NCBI GenBank assembly: GCA_021498095.1
Contig: JAIZWK010000001.1
Coordinates: 3,900,001-3,932,000 of the forward strand
Source of the DNA: Candidatus Harpocratesius repetitus
Lineage (GTDB): Archaea; Asgardarchaeota; Lokiarchaeia; Sigyniarchaeales; Promethearchaeaceae
Direction of reading: 5' to 3'
Length of the DNA stretch: 32,000 nt
Shown: positions 17,668 through 26,029 of the stretch, piece by piece
How positions within the stretch are numbered: the stretch's first letter is position 1
How the letters are laid out: the number at the start of each line of letters is the position of its first letter
Program-made: the position numbers and the translations under genes
Notes under the pieces: generated by a model
Told to the model about the DNA's origin: nothing
The model's database searches: none
The model's input: the letters and a program-made list of their open reading frames with translations, nothing else

Positions 17668-18040
17668 CAGTTCTCAACGATTCGACAAAAATAAAGATTT
17701 GATATGGCATGATTATCTAGTGTTTGCATCAACGAGAATAAATTAAATGGATACTTGAGTTATTGTATGAGCATAAAAACTCAAGCCGTGCCTCGAATTT
17801 CACGATTCGGTACACGTTATCCATATTTTAATAAGATTTCGTTCTTCAAAAATCTTGCGAAATCGATTCGACATACTTTGAACCTTTCAAATCAACGTAT
17901 TGGGCGCAAATGGAGTTTAGATGAAATTTTGACGGTTCTCTGCTATTGTTGGATTCGTGGTGTCTCAATTCATCATGCCTCCGAAAAATTGGAACGGTGG
18001 GCATCTAAATTTTTGAACTTTCAACCAAAAATATTTCATG
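17668..18040 (+). mobile_element. Truncated ISH3-like copy (left 373 bp only)
   Basis: 364/373 identical to 11147-11519 by manual ungapped alignment. Similarity stops abruptly at 18040, and there is no right end. Confidence 0.92.
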
Positions 18041-18050
18041 CTTAACGTAT

Positions 18051-18170
18051 TGTACGCTTTGCACATAAATTTCAACTAAATTGCCAAAAATAAATATTTG
18101 AAAGATATTTTGGGAACAATTTAAAAAATACGGCTTCTCTTAATTGATCCTTTATCCTTAAAAATAGTCC
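18051..18170 (-). repeat. 120-bp repeat X, copy B
   Basis: 99/120 identity to 12641-12760. Confidence 0.8.
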
Positions 18171-18190
18171 CAATTACATTGATAATGATT

Positions 18191-18217
18191 AAATTGAATA
18201 TAAATTGAATATAAATT
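18191..18217. repeat. 11-bp tandem repeat AAATTGAATAT x2 plus partial AAATT
   Basis: Read directly about 115-140 bp upstream of the V4R gene. Confidence 0.7.
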
Positions 18218-18329
18218 ATAAGCAATATATTTTAATTATCAATTTCCTTGATTTCTTCAAACTGAATTTTGTGATACTTAGTTCTCTATTTCACATTTTT
18301 GGTGTAAAAACAAAATAAGGAAATCTACA

Positions 18330-18797
18330 ATGGATTATAAGCAGTTATTAGATTTTTCCAATGCTTATGCAGTGTCAATAATTGAAGCAATGGAGAAAAT
18401 GGGTTTAGATGTGGCTCTATTGGGTTATCAAATATCTCTAACCCTTAATAAAGAAGCAAGCGATTTATTAGCGGAAACTGGCTTGAAAATTAAAGGCAAC
18501 GACGTCAAATTAATGACTGAAAGCTTTGTCTCTTCACTAAAAGAAGTAGGAGCGTGCCAAATCGCAGAGATAAAAAGTATGGATGACAAAAATATGGAAA
18601 TTCATTTAGGTGAGTGTATCCTTGCTCCAGCAAGATTTCATATTCTCAATTCACATCCGGATATTATCCCTCCTTGTCCGATGATGGCACTTCTAGTAGG
18701 TCAACTAGAAAAACAACTTGGAAAACATGTTTTTATCGATTCATGTGAGTGGAAACAACAATTGAATACAGGTATTTTTAAAGTAAGGATGGAGTGA
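18330..18797 (+). CDS. Stand-alone V4R-like (Bet3/TRAPPC3-fold) protein
   Basis: 155 aa, with a helical N-terminal half followed by MEIHLGECILA...PPCPMMALLVGQLE...IDSCE...IFKV, the V4R-like spacing. Cys at residues 76, 96, 116 and 139. Confidence 0.65.
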   Translation: MDYKQLLDFSNAYAVSIIEAMEKMGLDVALLGYQISLTLNKEASDLLAETGLKIKGNDVKLMTESFVSSLKEVGACQIAEIKSMDDKNMEIHLGECILAPARFHILNSHPDIIPPCPMMALLVGQLEKQLGKHVFIDSCEWKQQLNTGIFKVRME

Positions 18798-18803
18798 GAG
18801 AAA

Positions 18804-18929
18804 ATGTCGTTAGATTGTGTATATGCTGGTGCTACCAATTCACAAGGATTGATTTGGTGCAAAAAGAAGAATACATATGTTTCAGGTAAAGAAAAAGATA
18901 CTTGTCCTGATTATAGGAAAAAGGAGTAA
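18804..18929 (+). CDS. Unannotated 41-aa three-cysteine small protein
   Basis: Manual translation MSLDCVYAGATNSQGLIWCKKKNTYVSGKEKDTCPDYRKKE*. GGAG/GGAGTGA RBS-like sequence at 18791-18797. It fills the gap between the V4R and Roadblock genes almost exactly. Confidence 0.7.
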   Translation: MSLDCVYAGATNSQGLIWCKKKNTYVSGKEKDTCPDYRKKE

Positions 18930-18932
18930 AGA

Positions 18933-19307
18933 GTGAAGAAAATGTCTGCTTTAAGTGAAAAATTAAAGGCAATTCTTAAAAAATTAGAGCAAAATTCTGA
19001 TGTATTTGGCGGTGCTGTAGTAAATAATCGCGGCCAAATGATGGCAAGTGCTTTAATGGGAGATTATGATGAAAATACAGTCGCAGCTATGTCTGCTGCA
19101 TTGACCAGTGTAGGAATTCGGGTTGCGAAGACTTTATCGGCGGGCGATATGCTTTCAATTACTCTAAATGCTAATGATGCTGTGATATTAGTAAAACAAT
19201 TGGATCGGTCGGTATTAATTGCACTTGCTCCTACAGATGCTAAGATCGGATTAATTGAATTTGAAATTGACCAAGCAGTTGAAGAGATCAAAAAAACACT
19301 GAAATAA
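18933..19307 (+). CDS. Roadblock/LC7 (MglB-like) protein 1
   Basis: GGAVVNNRGQMMAS...VAAMSAALTSVG...KIGLIEFEI is the canonical Roadblock pattern. Start is GTG 18933 or ATG 18942. Confidence 0.9.
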   Translation: MKKMSALSEKLKAILKKLEQNSDVFGGAVVNNRGQMMASALMGDYDENTVAAMSAALTSVGIRVAKTLSAGDMLSITLNANDAVILVKQLDRSVLIALAPTDAKIGLIEFEIDQAVEEIKKTLK

Positions 19308-19354
19308 TTAGTAATTCTCAATTTTTTTAATATAAACATGATTTGGGTGAAAAT

Positions 19355-20041
19355 ATGAAAAGAAAAATAAAATTTGATTATCATATCTTGATTACAGGAT
19401 ATTTCAATGCGGGAAAAACAACATTGATTCACTCATTAGACTCGGAAGCTATTTCCATTGAAAAACCATTGTCAGAGTTTACGAAACAGAAATTACACCT
19501 TGAATCTAATTCCCAAAAAACTCACACTACGACAGGATTCGATCGTGGGTGTTTATACTGGGTAAGAAATTCCCTAGAAGGAAATGGGGTTTTAATGAGT
19601 AATAAAGATTATGAGCGGGATCAAGATGAATTTAAAGATTGGATAATAAAATTTGTCGAACTTAAGGGTGTTCCGGGTCAATCACAATTCAAGATTGTAA
19701 GGAAACTATTAAGTGATGGATCTGACGGTGTTGTGTTTCTCTTTGATGGAGTAGATCTGACAAATATAGGAAATGGGATGGCTATACTCGAAGAAACTAG
19801 GACATATATGAATTCTAATCCCATGGTGATTGTAGCAAACAAGAATGATCATCCGAATTTTTATGGATCAGAAATTATAAGTTCAATGATAGGTGAATCT
19901 GATATTTATGAAGCTTCTGCTTTGAAAAACATTGGGATAAAAGATGCTATAATTGATTTATTGAAAACTATTGAACAAAAACACATAACTTTCGAATCTG
20001 GGCAACTAACTACTTCAGTTGGAGACGGTATGAATGTTTAG
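19355..20041 (+). CDS. Ras-superfamily small GTPase, MglA/CvnD (COG2229)-like
   Basis: G1 GYFNAGKT, G2 region TTTGFDRG, G3 GVPGQ, G4 NKND, G5 SAL. GGGTGA RBS precedes ATG 19355. Confidence 0.9.
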   Translation: MKRKIKFDYHILITGYFNAGKTTLIHSLDSEAISIEKPLSEFTKQKLHLESNSQKTHTTTGFDRGCLYWVRNSLEGNGVLMSNKDYERDQDEFKDWIIKFVELKGVPGQSQFKIVRKLLSDGSDGVVFLFDGVDLTNIGNGMAILEETRTYMNSNPMVIVANKNDHPNFYGSEIISSMIGESDIYEASALKNIGIKDAIIDLLKTIEQKHITFESGQLTTSVGDGMNV

Positions 20042-20486
20042 TCATGAAATAATTAGCGAAGATCTAGAATTAGGAAATCCTTTAATCGATGAAAGACAAC
20101 TCAAGAAGTTTTTATCTCATCTTCGAGAAAATAGCGATATCTTTAATGCAATTTTATTTAACGATGACGGATTAGAAATTGCTTTTTCCGACTCAAATAT
20201 GCAAGGAAATTTTGGACATAAATTCTTCCAAGATCTTTCTGCGATCTCCTCTGGAATTATATCTATGGCTAATAGTTTAGTTTTAATGACAAATCCTTCC
20301 TCTATTGTCACTAAAGTCAATATACAAGCAAGTTGTGAAAGAGATGTAGAGAGTTTCGGGATGATCTTTACCTCTATTACCGAAGAATTTCATTTGGTTG
20401 TCGTTTTTCCTACTAATGCAAATGTAGGCTTAATCAATTTTGAAATTAATCAATTAAAAGAAAAGTTACTCACATATTTAAGCTAA
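20034..20486 (+). CDS. Roadblock/LC7 protein 2
   Basis: NAILFNDDGLEIA...LSAISSGIISMA...LVVVFPTNANVGLINFEI. Overlaps the GTPase gene by 8 bp. Confidence 0.8.
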   Translation: MFSHEIISEDLELGNPLIDERQLKKFLSHLRENSDIFNAILFNDDGLEIAFSDSNMQGNFGHKFFQDLSAISSGIISMANSLVLMTNPSSIVTKVNIQASCERDVESFGMIFTSITEEFHLVVVFPTNANVGLINFEINQLKEKLLTYLS

Positions 20487-20503
20487 GGAGAATATGAGAA
20501 AAG

Positions 20504-20977
20504 ATGTCTTCGAAAGAGAAAACATTGAAATCCAATTTAGATTTCGTACTAAAGGATTTGTTAACTCAGTTTATATCCAACATTCAAGGAAATAGTGCTT
20601 GTCTATTAACTGAAGATGGATTAACCATTGCAGAAAGCAATAAATTAGAAAATGAACAGTATGATAATAATAATGAATTTGGAGCAGTTATCGCTACTAT
20701 GCTTTCAATTGCTGAACAAGCAGTTCTACATTACAAATCAAGTCAAAATCTCTCTCATTTTTCGATTGAAACCCTCGATTTAGAATCTCCAGAGCAAAAA
20801 GGGCATATTATTTTTGCATATCAAATCTACCCCAACGTTTTATTTGCGTATAACTCCCCTAGTTCTATTCCTGATGGATTAATATCTTTTGAACGCAGTA
20901 AAACAATTCAAGATTTGCGGGAAGTTATACATGGCAATGAAGAAGAACTGATGCGAAGTATAGGATCGATGATATGA
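20504..20977 (+). CDS. Roadblock/LC7 protein 3
   Basis: SACLLTEDGLTIAES...FGAVIATMLSIAE...PDGLISFE. AAGGAG upstream. Confidence 0.8.
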   Translation: MSSKEKTLKSNLDFVLKDLLTQFISNIQGNSACLLTEDGLTIAESNKLENEQYDNNNEFGAVIATMLSIAEQAVLHYKSSQNLSHFSIETLDLESPEQKGHIIFAYQIYPNVLFAYNSPSSIPDGLISFERSKTIQDLREVIHGNEEELMRSIGSMI

Positions 20978-21633
20978 TTATGATGTATGAATCAAAAATA
21001 AGCTATGAGCAAACTCATATACAGAAGAAAAGCCGGAAAATAATCTTAGATGAAATAATCAAAACATTAAATGAAAAAGGAAATTTCGAATTGACCATTT
21101 TATTAGACGATAGAGGAATGATTCTCTCAGATTATAATACAACAATAACAATGGAAAGGGAATCTATCGCTGCTATGTTTTCTTTGATCAATACAGTAAT
21201 AAATCGGACAGTTAAAAATTTGAATCTAGAATCTAAGGAACTTATTGTAATTAAAACTAATCAAGGTGTGTTTAAAACTTGTGATTTCTCACTACAAAAC
21301 TATAATCGAAAAATGATACTAGTAGTCTATCAATCTACTATTCCTAATTCAAATGCATCATTAAAATCAACCAAGTTTAAACAGAAGAAATTCAATGATC
21401 TAGAAAAGTATCTTGGGTTCAAAATTTCATTTTGGCGTCTTTTTAAAGTTTATATTACACATAAATTAAAGATTCTTCCGGATTTGGAAAATATCTCTCG
21501 CAATATTTTTCGAATCAAGAAATTCGATTCTTTTTTTAATGATTTTGCGAAAAACAAGGTTCATGGCGAGGAATATCATTCAACCTTGTTTAAGGACACG
21601 ATTAGGGAAATTCAAGCAATTTTTAAGCAATAA
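20974..21633 (+). CDS. Roadblock/LC7 protein 4 with a long basic-aromatic insertion
   Basis: TILLDDRGMILSD...SIAAMFSLI...LIVIKTNQG...MILVVY, then about 78 extra residues before the terminal helix LFKDTIREIQAIF. ATGA overlap with Roadblock 3. Confidence 0.72.
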   Translation: MIMMYESKISYEQTHIQKKSRKIILDEIIKTLNEKGNFELTILLDDRGMILSDYNTTITMERESIAAMFSLINTVINRTVKNLNLESKELIVIKTNQGVFKTCDFSLQNYNRKMILVVYQSTIPNSNASLKSTKFKQKKFNDLEKYLGFKISFWRLFKVYITHKLKILPDLENISRNIFRIKKFDSFFNDFAKNKVHGEEYHSTLFKDTIREIQAIFKQ

Positions 21634-21642
21634 TTTTTTTTT
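21634..21642 (+). terminator. T9 tract, probable archaeal intrinsic terminator of the V4R-Roadblock-GTPase operon
   Basis: Nine T immediately after TAA 21631-21633, followed by about 650 bp with no convincing gene. Confidence 0.5.
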
Positions 21643-22290
21643 ACTTGATCTTAAGTTTACAAGTTAATTAATTTTTTACAACTTTTTATTATATTTAAAG
21701 GCAAAAGATTCTTTTTCATCTCCGACTTATTTCTTTTGGTTGGTTTATTGTCTTTGTTTATATTCTTTGATTTTTGTCGTCATAGATCTAAATTTCTAGC
21801 AAATACACGATTAATAGTTACCTCCGAATTTTTTATTAAAATTCGATAACTATTAGTGTTTGCATTGAAATACCAAATTTTTACCATAGTGAAAAGTGAA
21901 AAAATAAAAATAACTGGGGTATATCTTCTAAATCCAAAGAAAATAAAAAATATGTGTTTTTTTTTCACAAAATCAAATTTATGGTTAGGTGTTATTTTAT
22001 CTTATCAAACTTCTGAATTATTAATGAAAATTGCTAAAAAAATAACTCAAGATCAGATTTATCAAAAATATTCAAATCAAAACGACCTGAAAGAGAAACT
22101 TTTTTCATATTTCTTAGTCCAATATCGATTTCCAAAAGCATTAAATTAATTTTACTTTTTTCAATTCAAAATATTGCAGAAATTCCTGAAAATATAGAAT
22201 TTTTTTCTGAAATAAGAAATCTATTCAAAAAATCGTTAGAAAAAATTGCAGATTTTGTATCTTAACTTTGAAATTATTTTTTATTTATTA

Positions 22291-22944
22291 TTAAAGTCTT
22301 ATTTCTTCAATTTTTATTTTTAGATCTTCTAGAATTTCCTTCATTTTTGGGATAATATCATGATTGTGAATAATATAGTTGCATAATATATCATATTCTT
22401 TCTTTAATTCAAATTTTCTTTCCTCTTCATAAAGCTTAGAAAGATAATCAATATATTTATTCATACTTTCATTACTCTGAGCAATTTTCAATTTATTAAG
22501 AATATTTTTTTTATTTTTCTTTAACCCATATTTATAACGTTCATCTAAATAAGATTCAATTAATTCACGTGCTTGTTGAAAATCAAGTTTGTTTATTAAA
22601 TTATCAGCTTCATCCAAAATTTCACGTTCCTTTAAGAGAATTTCTTGAACAATGAAAAATCTTTCGCTAATTGGCCCAAAAATACTCAGAGCGATACAAA
22701 TAATGAAGATTCCAGCACTTGTATATAGCATCCACTTCAAATTATAAGGTAATATGTTATTTCTGATTAAATCAGTAATATAATCTTGATAAGTAAGGTA
22801 ATAAACTAAAAGAAAAGAAGATACACTAGCTAATGACAAAATAATAAATTGAATTGAAATTATCTTATTCATTGGAGATATCTTTTGAATTAATGATAAT
22901 TTTCTTTCTGCATATTTTTTATCTGAGACTTCAACAGAGCTCAT
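22291..22944 (-). CDS. Hypothetical protein with two N-terminal TM helices and a charged helical C-terminal domain
   Basis: 217-aa ORF with two hydrophobic segments followed by a K/E-rich region. Confidence 0.7.
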   Translation of the reverse strand: MSSVEVSDKKYAERKLSLIQKISPMNKIISIQFIILSLASVSSFLLVYYLTYQDYITDLIRNNILPYNLKWMLYTSAGIFIICIALSIFGPISERFFIVQEILLKEREILDEADNLINKLDFQQARELIESYLDERYKYGLKKNKKNILNKLKIAQSNESMNKYIDYLSKLYEEERKFELKKEYDILCNYIIHNHDIIPKMKEILEDLKIKIEEIRL

Positions 22945-22996
22945 AATTAAAGTTTAAAAGGAGTTCGGGTTTAAATCTTTTGGGAGTCTTAAAAAA

Positions 22997-24061
22997 ATGT
23001 ACGATCATGAACAAGATCTTAATGAAATTAATACTCGTTTAAAGAAAGATAATATTTCATTTAAAGATAAAAATATTTTGATTACTGGTGGTGCTGGCTT
23101 TTTAGGGTCTTGGATATGCGAAACTCTTCTTATGCAGGGAGCAAAAATCATCTGCTTAGATAACTTGAGTTCTGGCCAATGGGACAATGTAAAACACTTA
23201 AATTCAAATCCAAATTTTACCTTTATTCACCATGATATTTCAATACCAATTTACTTTGGACGAACAATGCCTAATGCAGTTTCATATCCAAATATTTCAG
23301 AAAAGTTAGATTATGTTATGCATCTTGCTAGTCGTGCATCTCCATTTGAATTTAAGAATTTTGCGATATCAATTCTCAAATCTAATACTTTAGGCACTAT
23401 GAATGCATTAGGTATCGCTACAGCACACCAAGCAATATTATTTTATTCATCAACATCAGAATGCTATGGAAATCCCCCACCAGATCAAGTTCCAACTTCA
23501 GAAGATTATTGGGGACATGTTAACCCAATTGGTCCAAGGTCATGTTATGATGAATCAAAACGTGCAGGAGAAGCATTTTGTAAAGCCTATGAATTACAAC
23601 ATAATATTAATGTCCATTTTGTTAGAATTTTCAACACTTATGGCCCAAGAATTCGTTCAGGACACGAATTTGGACGTGTAGTTCCAAATTTTATTCATCA
23701 ATGTTTAAATGATGATCCCATAACAGTTTTTGGAGATGGAACTCAAATTCGATGTTTAACCTATGTTGTTGATGAAATTGAGGGATTACTACGTGATGCA
23801 TATATTCCAGAAGCTAGAGGCATTCCAATTAATGTAGGAAATGATAAAATGATCTCTATTTTAGATTTAGCTCATTTGATCAAAGAACTAACTGATTCTA
23901 ACTCAAAAATTATTCATAAACCTCTTCCAATTGATGATCCTATTTTGCGACAACCAGTCTTAACTCGTGCAAAAACAATTCTGAATTGGGAGCCACATAC
24001 AGAGTTACGAGATGGATTATCAAAAACCATCCAGTGGTTTAAAGAGACATTTGATAAATAA
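22997..24061 (+). CDS. uxs: UDP-glucuronate decarboxylase (UDP-xylose synthase), extended SDR family
   Basis: GGAGFLGS, HLASRASP, STSECYG, VNPIGPRSCYDESKR, RIFNTYGPR and DDPILRQP are characteristic of UXS. Confidence 0.85.
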   Translation: MYDHEQDLNEINTRLKKDNISFKDKNILITGGAGFLGSWICETLLMQGAKIICLDNLSSGQWDNVKHLNSNPNFTFIHHDISIPIYFGRTMPNAVSYPNISEKLDYVMHLASRASPFEFKNFAISILKSNTLGTMNALGIATAHQAILFYSSTSECYGNPPPDQVPTSEDYWGHVNPIGPRSCYDESKRAGEAFCKAYELQHNINVHFVRIFNTYGPRIRSGHEFGRVVPNFIHQCLNDDPITVFGDGTQIRCLTYVVDEIEGLLRDAYIPEARGIPINVGNDKMISILDLAHLIKELTDSNSKIIHKPLPIDDPILRQPVLTRAKTILNWEPHTELRDGLSKTIQWFKETFDK

Positions 24062-24083
24062 TAATAGAGAGTAGTAATCAATT

Positions 24084-24617
24084 ATGCGCAAAAAATCAAC
24101 GAATAAGCGAAATCCATCAGAACTTTCCTTAGAGAAAATCACAAGAATAGTGCTAGTCGTTGGAATCATTTGCGTTTCAGGTGCTATTATCTATACATTA
24201 ACTATTCCAGAAGAAGAAGATGTTCTTTTTTTTTTATTAAATGAAAACAAAGTTCTTCGAGATTATCCAACTAATGTTACTCAAGAAGAGAAGATAACAA
24301 CTTTTATTTTTATACAAAATTTATTAGGAGAATCTCATGATTTTCAAATTCGTTGCTACCGCGGAAAAGCAGAAACCTATTTAAATCCCCAAATAGGAGT
24401 GGCTACGAATACTAATGTAACTTTTATTTCCAGTCAGAATATTAGCCTTGGAAATAAAGAAGAATGGATTTCAAATCAAATCAATATAACTTTTCCAGAA
24501 GTGGGCACAAATCAATTAGCTCTTTATGAATTGTGGATTAAAAATGGTGATTCATGGGAATATTTGCCAAATTATCTATTAACATTGCGCATTGATGTTC
24601 TTCCCTTGAATCAATGA
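24084..24617 (+). CDS. DUF1616-like archaeal membrane-anchored protein
   Basis: One N-terminal TM, then FFLLNENKVLRDYPTNV...FIQNLLG, ending YLLTLRIDV. Confidence 0.65.
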   Translation: MRKKSTNKRNPSELSLEKITRIVLVVGIICVSGAIIYTLTIPEEEDVLFFLLNENKVLRDYPTNVTQEEKITTFIFIQNLLGESHDFQIRCYRGKAETYLNPQIGVATNTNVTFISSQNISLGNKEEWISNQINITFPEVGTNQLALYELWIKNGDSWEYLPNYLLTLRIDVLPLNQ

Positions 24618-24637
24618 ATTTATACACTTGATCTATA

Positions 24638-26029
24638 TTAACGACTGGAAATTTTTATATTTCGCAATTTTGTCCATGGAACTAATGCTTCATCAATCCA
24701 CTCTCGTTCTCTTGATAACTCTTCGATATTTCGAAAAGCATCTAATAAATTAACCCCCAACATTGTTTCGCTCAAACTAGATCCCAATACTCCGTCCTTT
24801 ATGAGGTATCCGGTCATTATTAATCCTGAAAAATCCCCAGTAATATAATTTGGCGTATCCCCAGAATATTCCAGATAGATACCTTCTTTTATTTCTGCAA
24901 TAATATCGTCTTTTGCTTGTTTTCCAGGATCAACAAGAATATTATTACTAGATATTCCAACAGGAGAGTTATAACCACTTCTACTAGCATGTCCATTAGA
25001 TTCGATATTTTCTTTTCCAGCAGTAAAAGTATTATGATAGAACGTATTCAACACACCTTTTTCTACAATAAGAAGCGGTTTTGTTGGCACTCCCTCTGCA
25101 TCGAATGATTCAGTGCCTAATTTTCCTGGAATATGTGGATCATCACGAATTGAGAGATTATGTGAGAAACAATCTTGATGTAAATATTCACCTAAGAATG
25201 ACATTTGGTTCTGAACGCGTTCAGCATTAATGCATGTTGTTAATGGATCAATAAGAAAATAAGCAGTTGCTAAGGGAGATAATACTACAGGATATTCTTT
25301 TGTTTCAACAGTAGTTTTTTTCAAACCACGAAGAGCCATAAGATAACTTTCTTCTGCAACTTTGTTTGTGTCAATCTCTTTTAAATTACAAAATGATTGC
25401 CATTGAAAACCAGAACTTGTCATATTAGCTCGAATTAAACTTACTTCAGCACTTACATTTGCAGTAGAATATTTCTCCCAAATAGAGATCCCATTATTAT
25501 TCCAAATAAAAGTTCCTCCAACTGAACTTGAAAAACCTCCACTTAATGCCTTTGGGACAAGATCTCGTTCTTTTAAATTAAAAATTGGTTGAAGAATATC
25601 ATTGATATCTTCTGGACAAATGAATTCTAAATTTGGATCATAAATATCTTCTACGAAGTGATAAGACTTTGAAGGATAAGCTAAATCTTTAAAGTAAGGA
25701 TTAGGTGTGGCAGCTTTCATCATTTTTTCTGCATAATTCACAATTAATTGTAATGCATAATCAGAAAAATCTGAAGTATAAGTCATTCCCTCTCTGCCTT
25801 CACTATCGATGATGCGAAGTCCAATACCTGCAGTCGTTTTTTGATGCGCATCTTTTACAAATCCAGCTTCAAAATTAACATTGGTTGATTTTGATGCAGT
25901 AGCATAAATTTCAATATGCTTTATAGAAGATTTCTGCTTTAATATTGAAAAAATTCTGCGAGCTTGAGCTTCAAAGAACCCATCCTCGAACAATTCAATG
26001 ATTTCACATGTATTTTGGGTAATATTCAT
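24638..26029 (-). CDS. pmbA: PmbA/TldE (non-catalytic partner of TldD)
   Basis: AGIGLRII, FDAEGVPT, GHASR, NYITGDFS. No HExxxH. ATG 26029 overlaps the tldD TGA (ATGA), so the longer ORF-track start is unlikely. Confidence 0.88.
   Translation of the reverse strand: MNITQNTCEIIELFEDGFFEAQARRIFSILKQKSSIKHIEIYATASKSTNVNFEAGFVKDAHQKTTAGIGLRIIDSEGREGMTYTSDFSDYALQLIVNYAEKMMKAATPNPYFKDLAYPSKSYHFVEDIYDPNLEFICPEDINDILQPIFNLKERDLVPKALSGGFSSSVGGTFIWNNNGISIWEKYSTANVSAEVSLIRANMTSSGFQWQSFCNLKEIDTNKVAEESYLMALRGLKKTTVETKEYPVVLSPLATAYFLIDPLTTCINAERVQNQMSFLGEYLHQDCFSHNLSIRDDPHIPGKLGTESFDAEGVPTKPLLIVEKGVLNTFYHNTFTAGKENIESNGHASRSGYNSPVGISSNNILVDPGKQAKDDIIAEIKEGIYLEYSGDTPNYITGDFSGLIMTGYLIKDGVLGSSLSETMLGVNLLDAFRNIEELSREREWIDEALVPWTKLRNIKISSR

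Noticed and set aside
19355-20041. Calling the GTPase a Rag/Gtr, Rab or Arf ortholog, or a substrate of the CPBP protease at 31288
   Set aside because: It lacks DxxG, a C-terminal Roadblock domain and any C-terminal cysteine. The motifs fit the MglA/CvnD group.
21780-22149. ORFs 21780-21968 (-) and 21856-22149 (+)
   Set aside because: They overlap each other, use non-ATG starts, are low-complexity AT-rich text and show no motif. They cannot be supported, though a small gene is not excluded.
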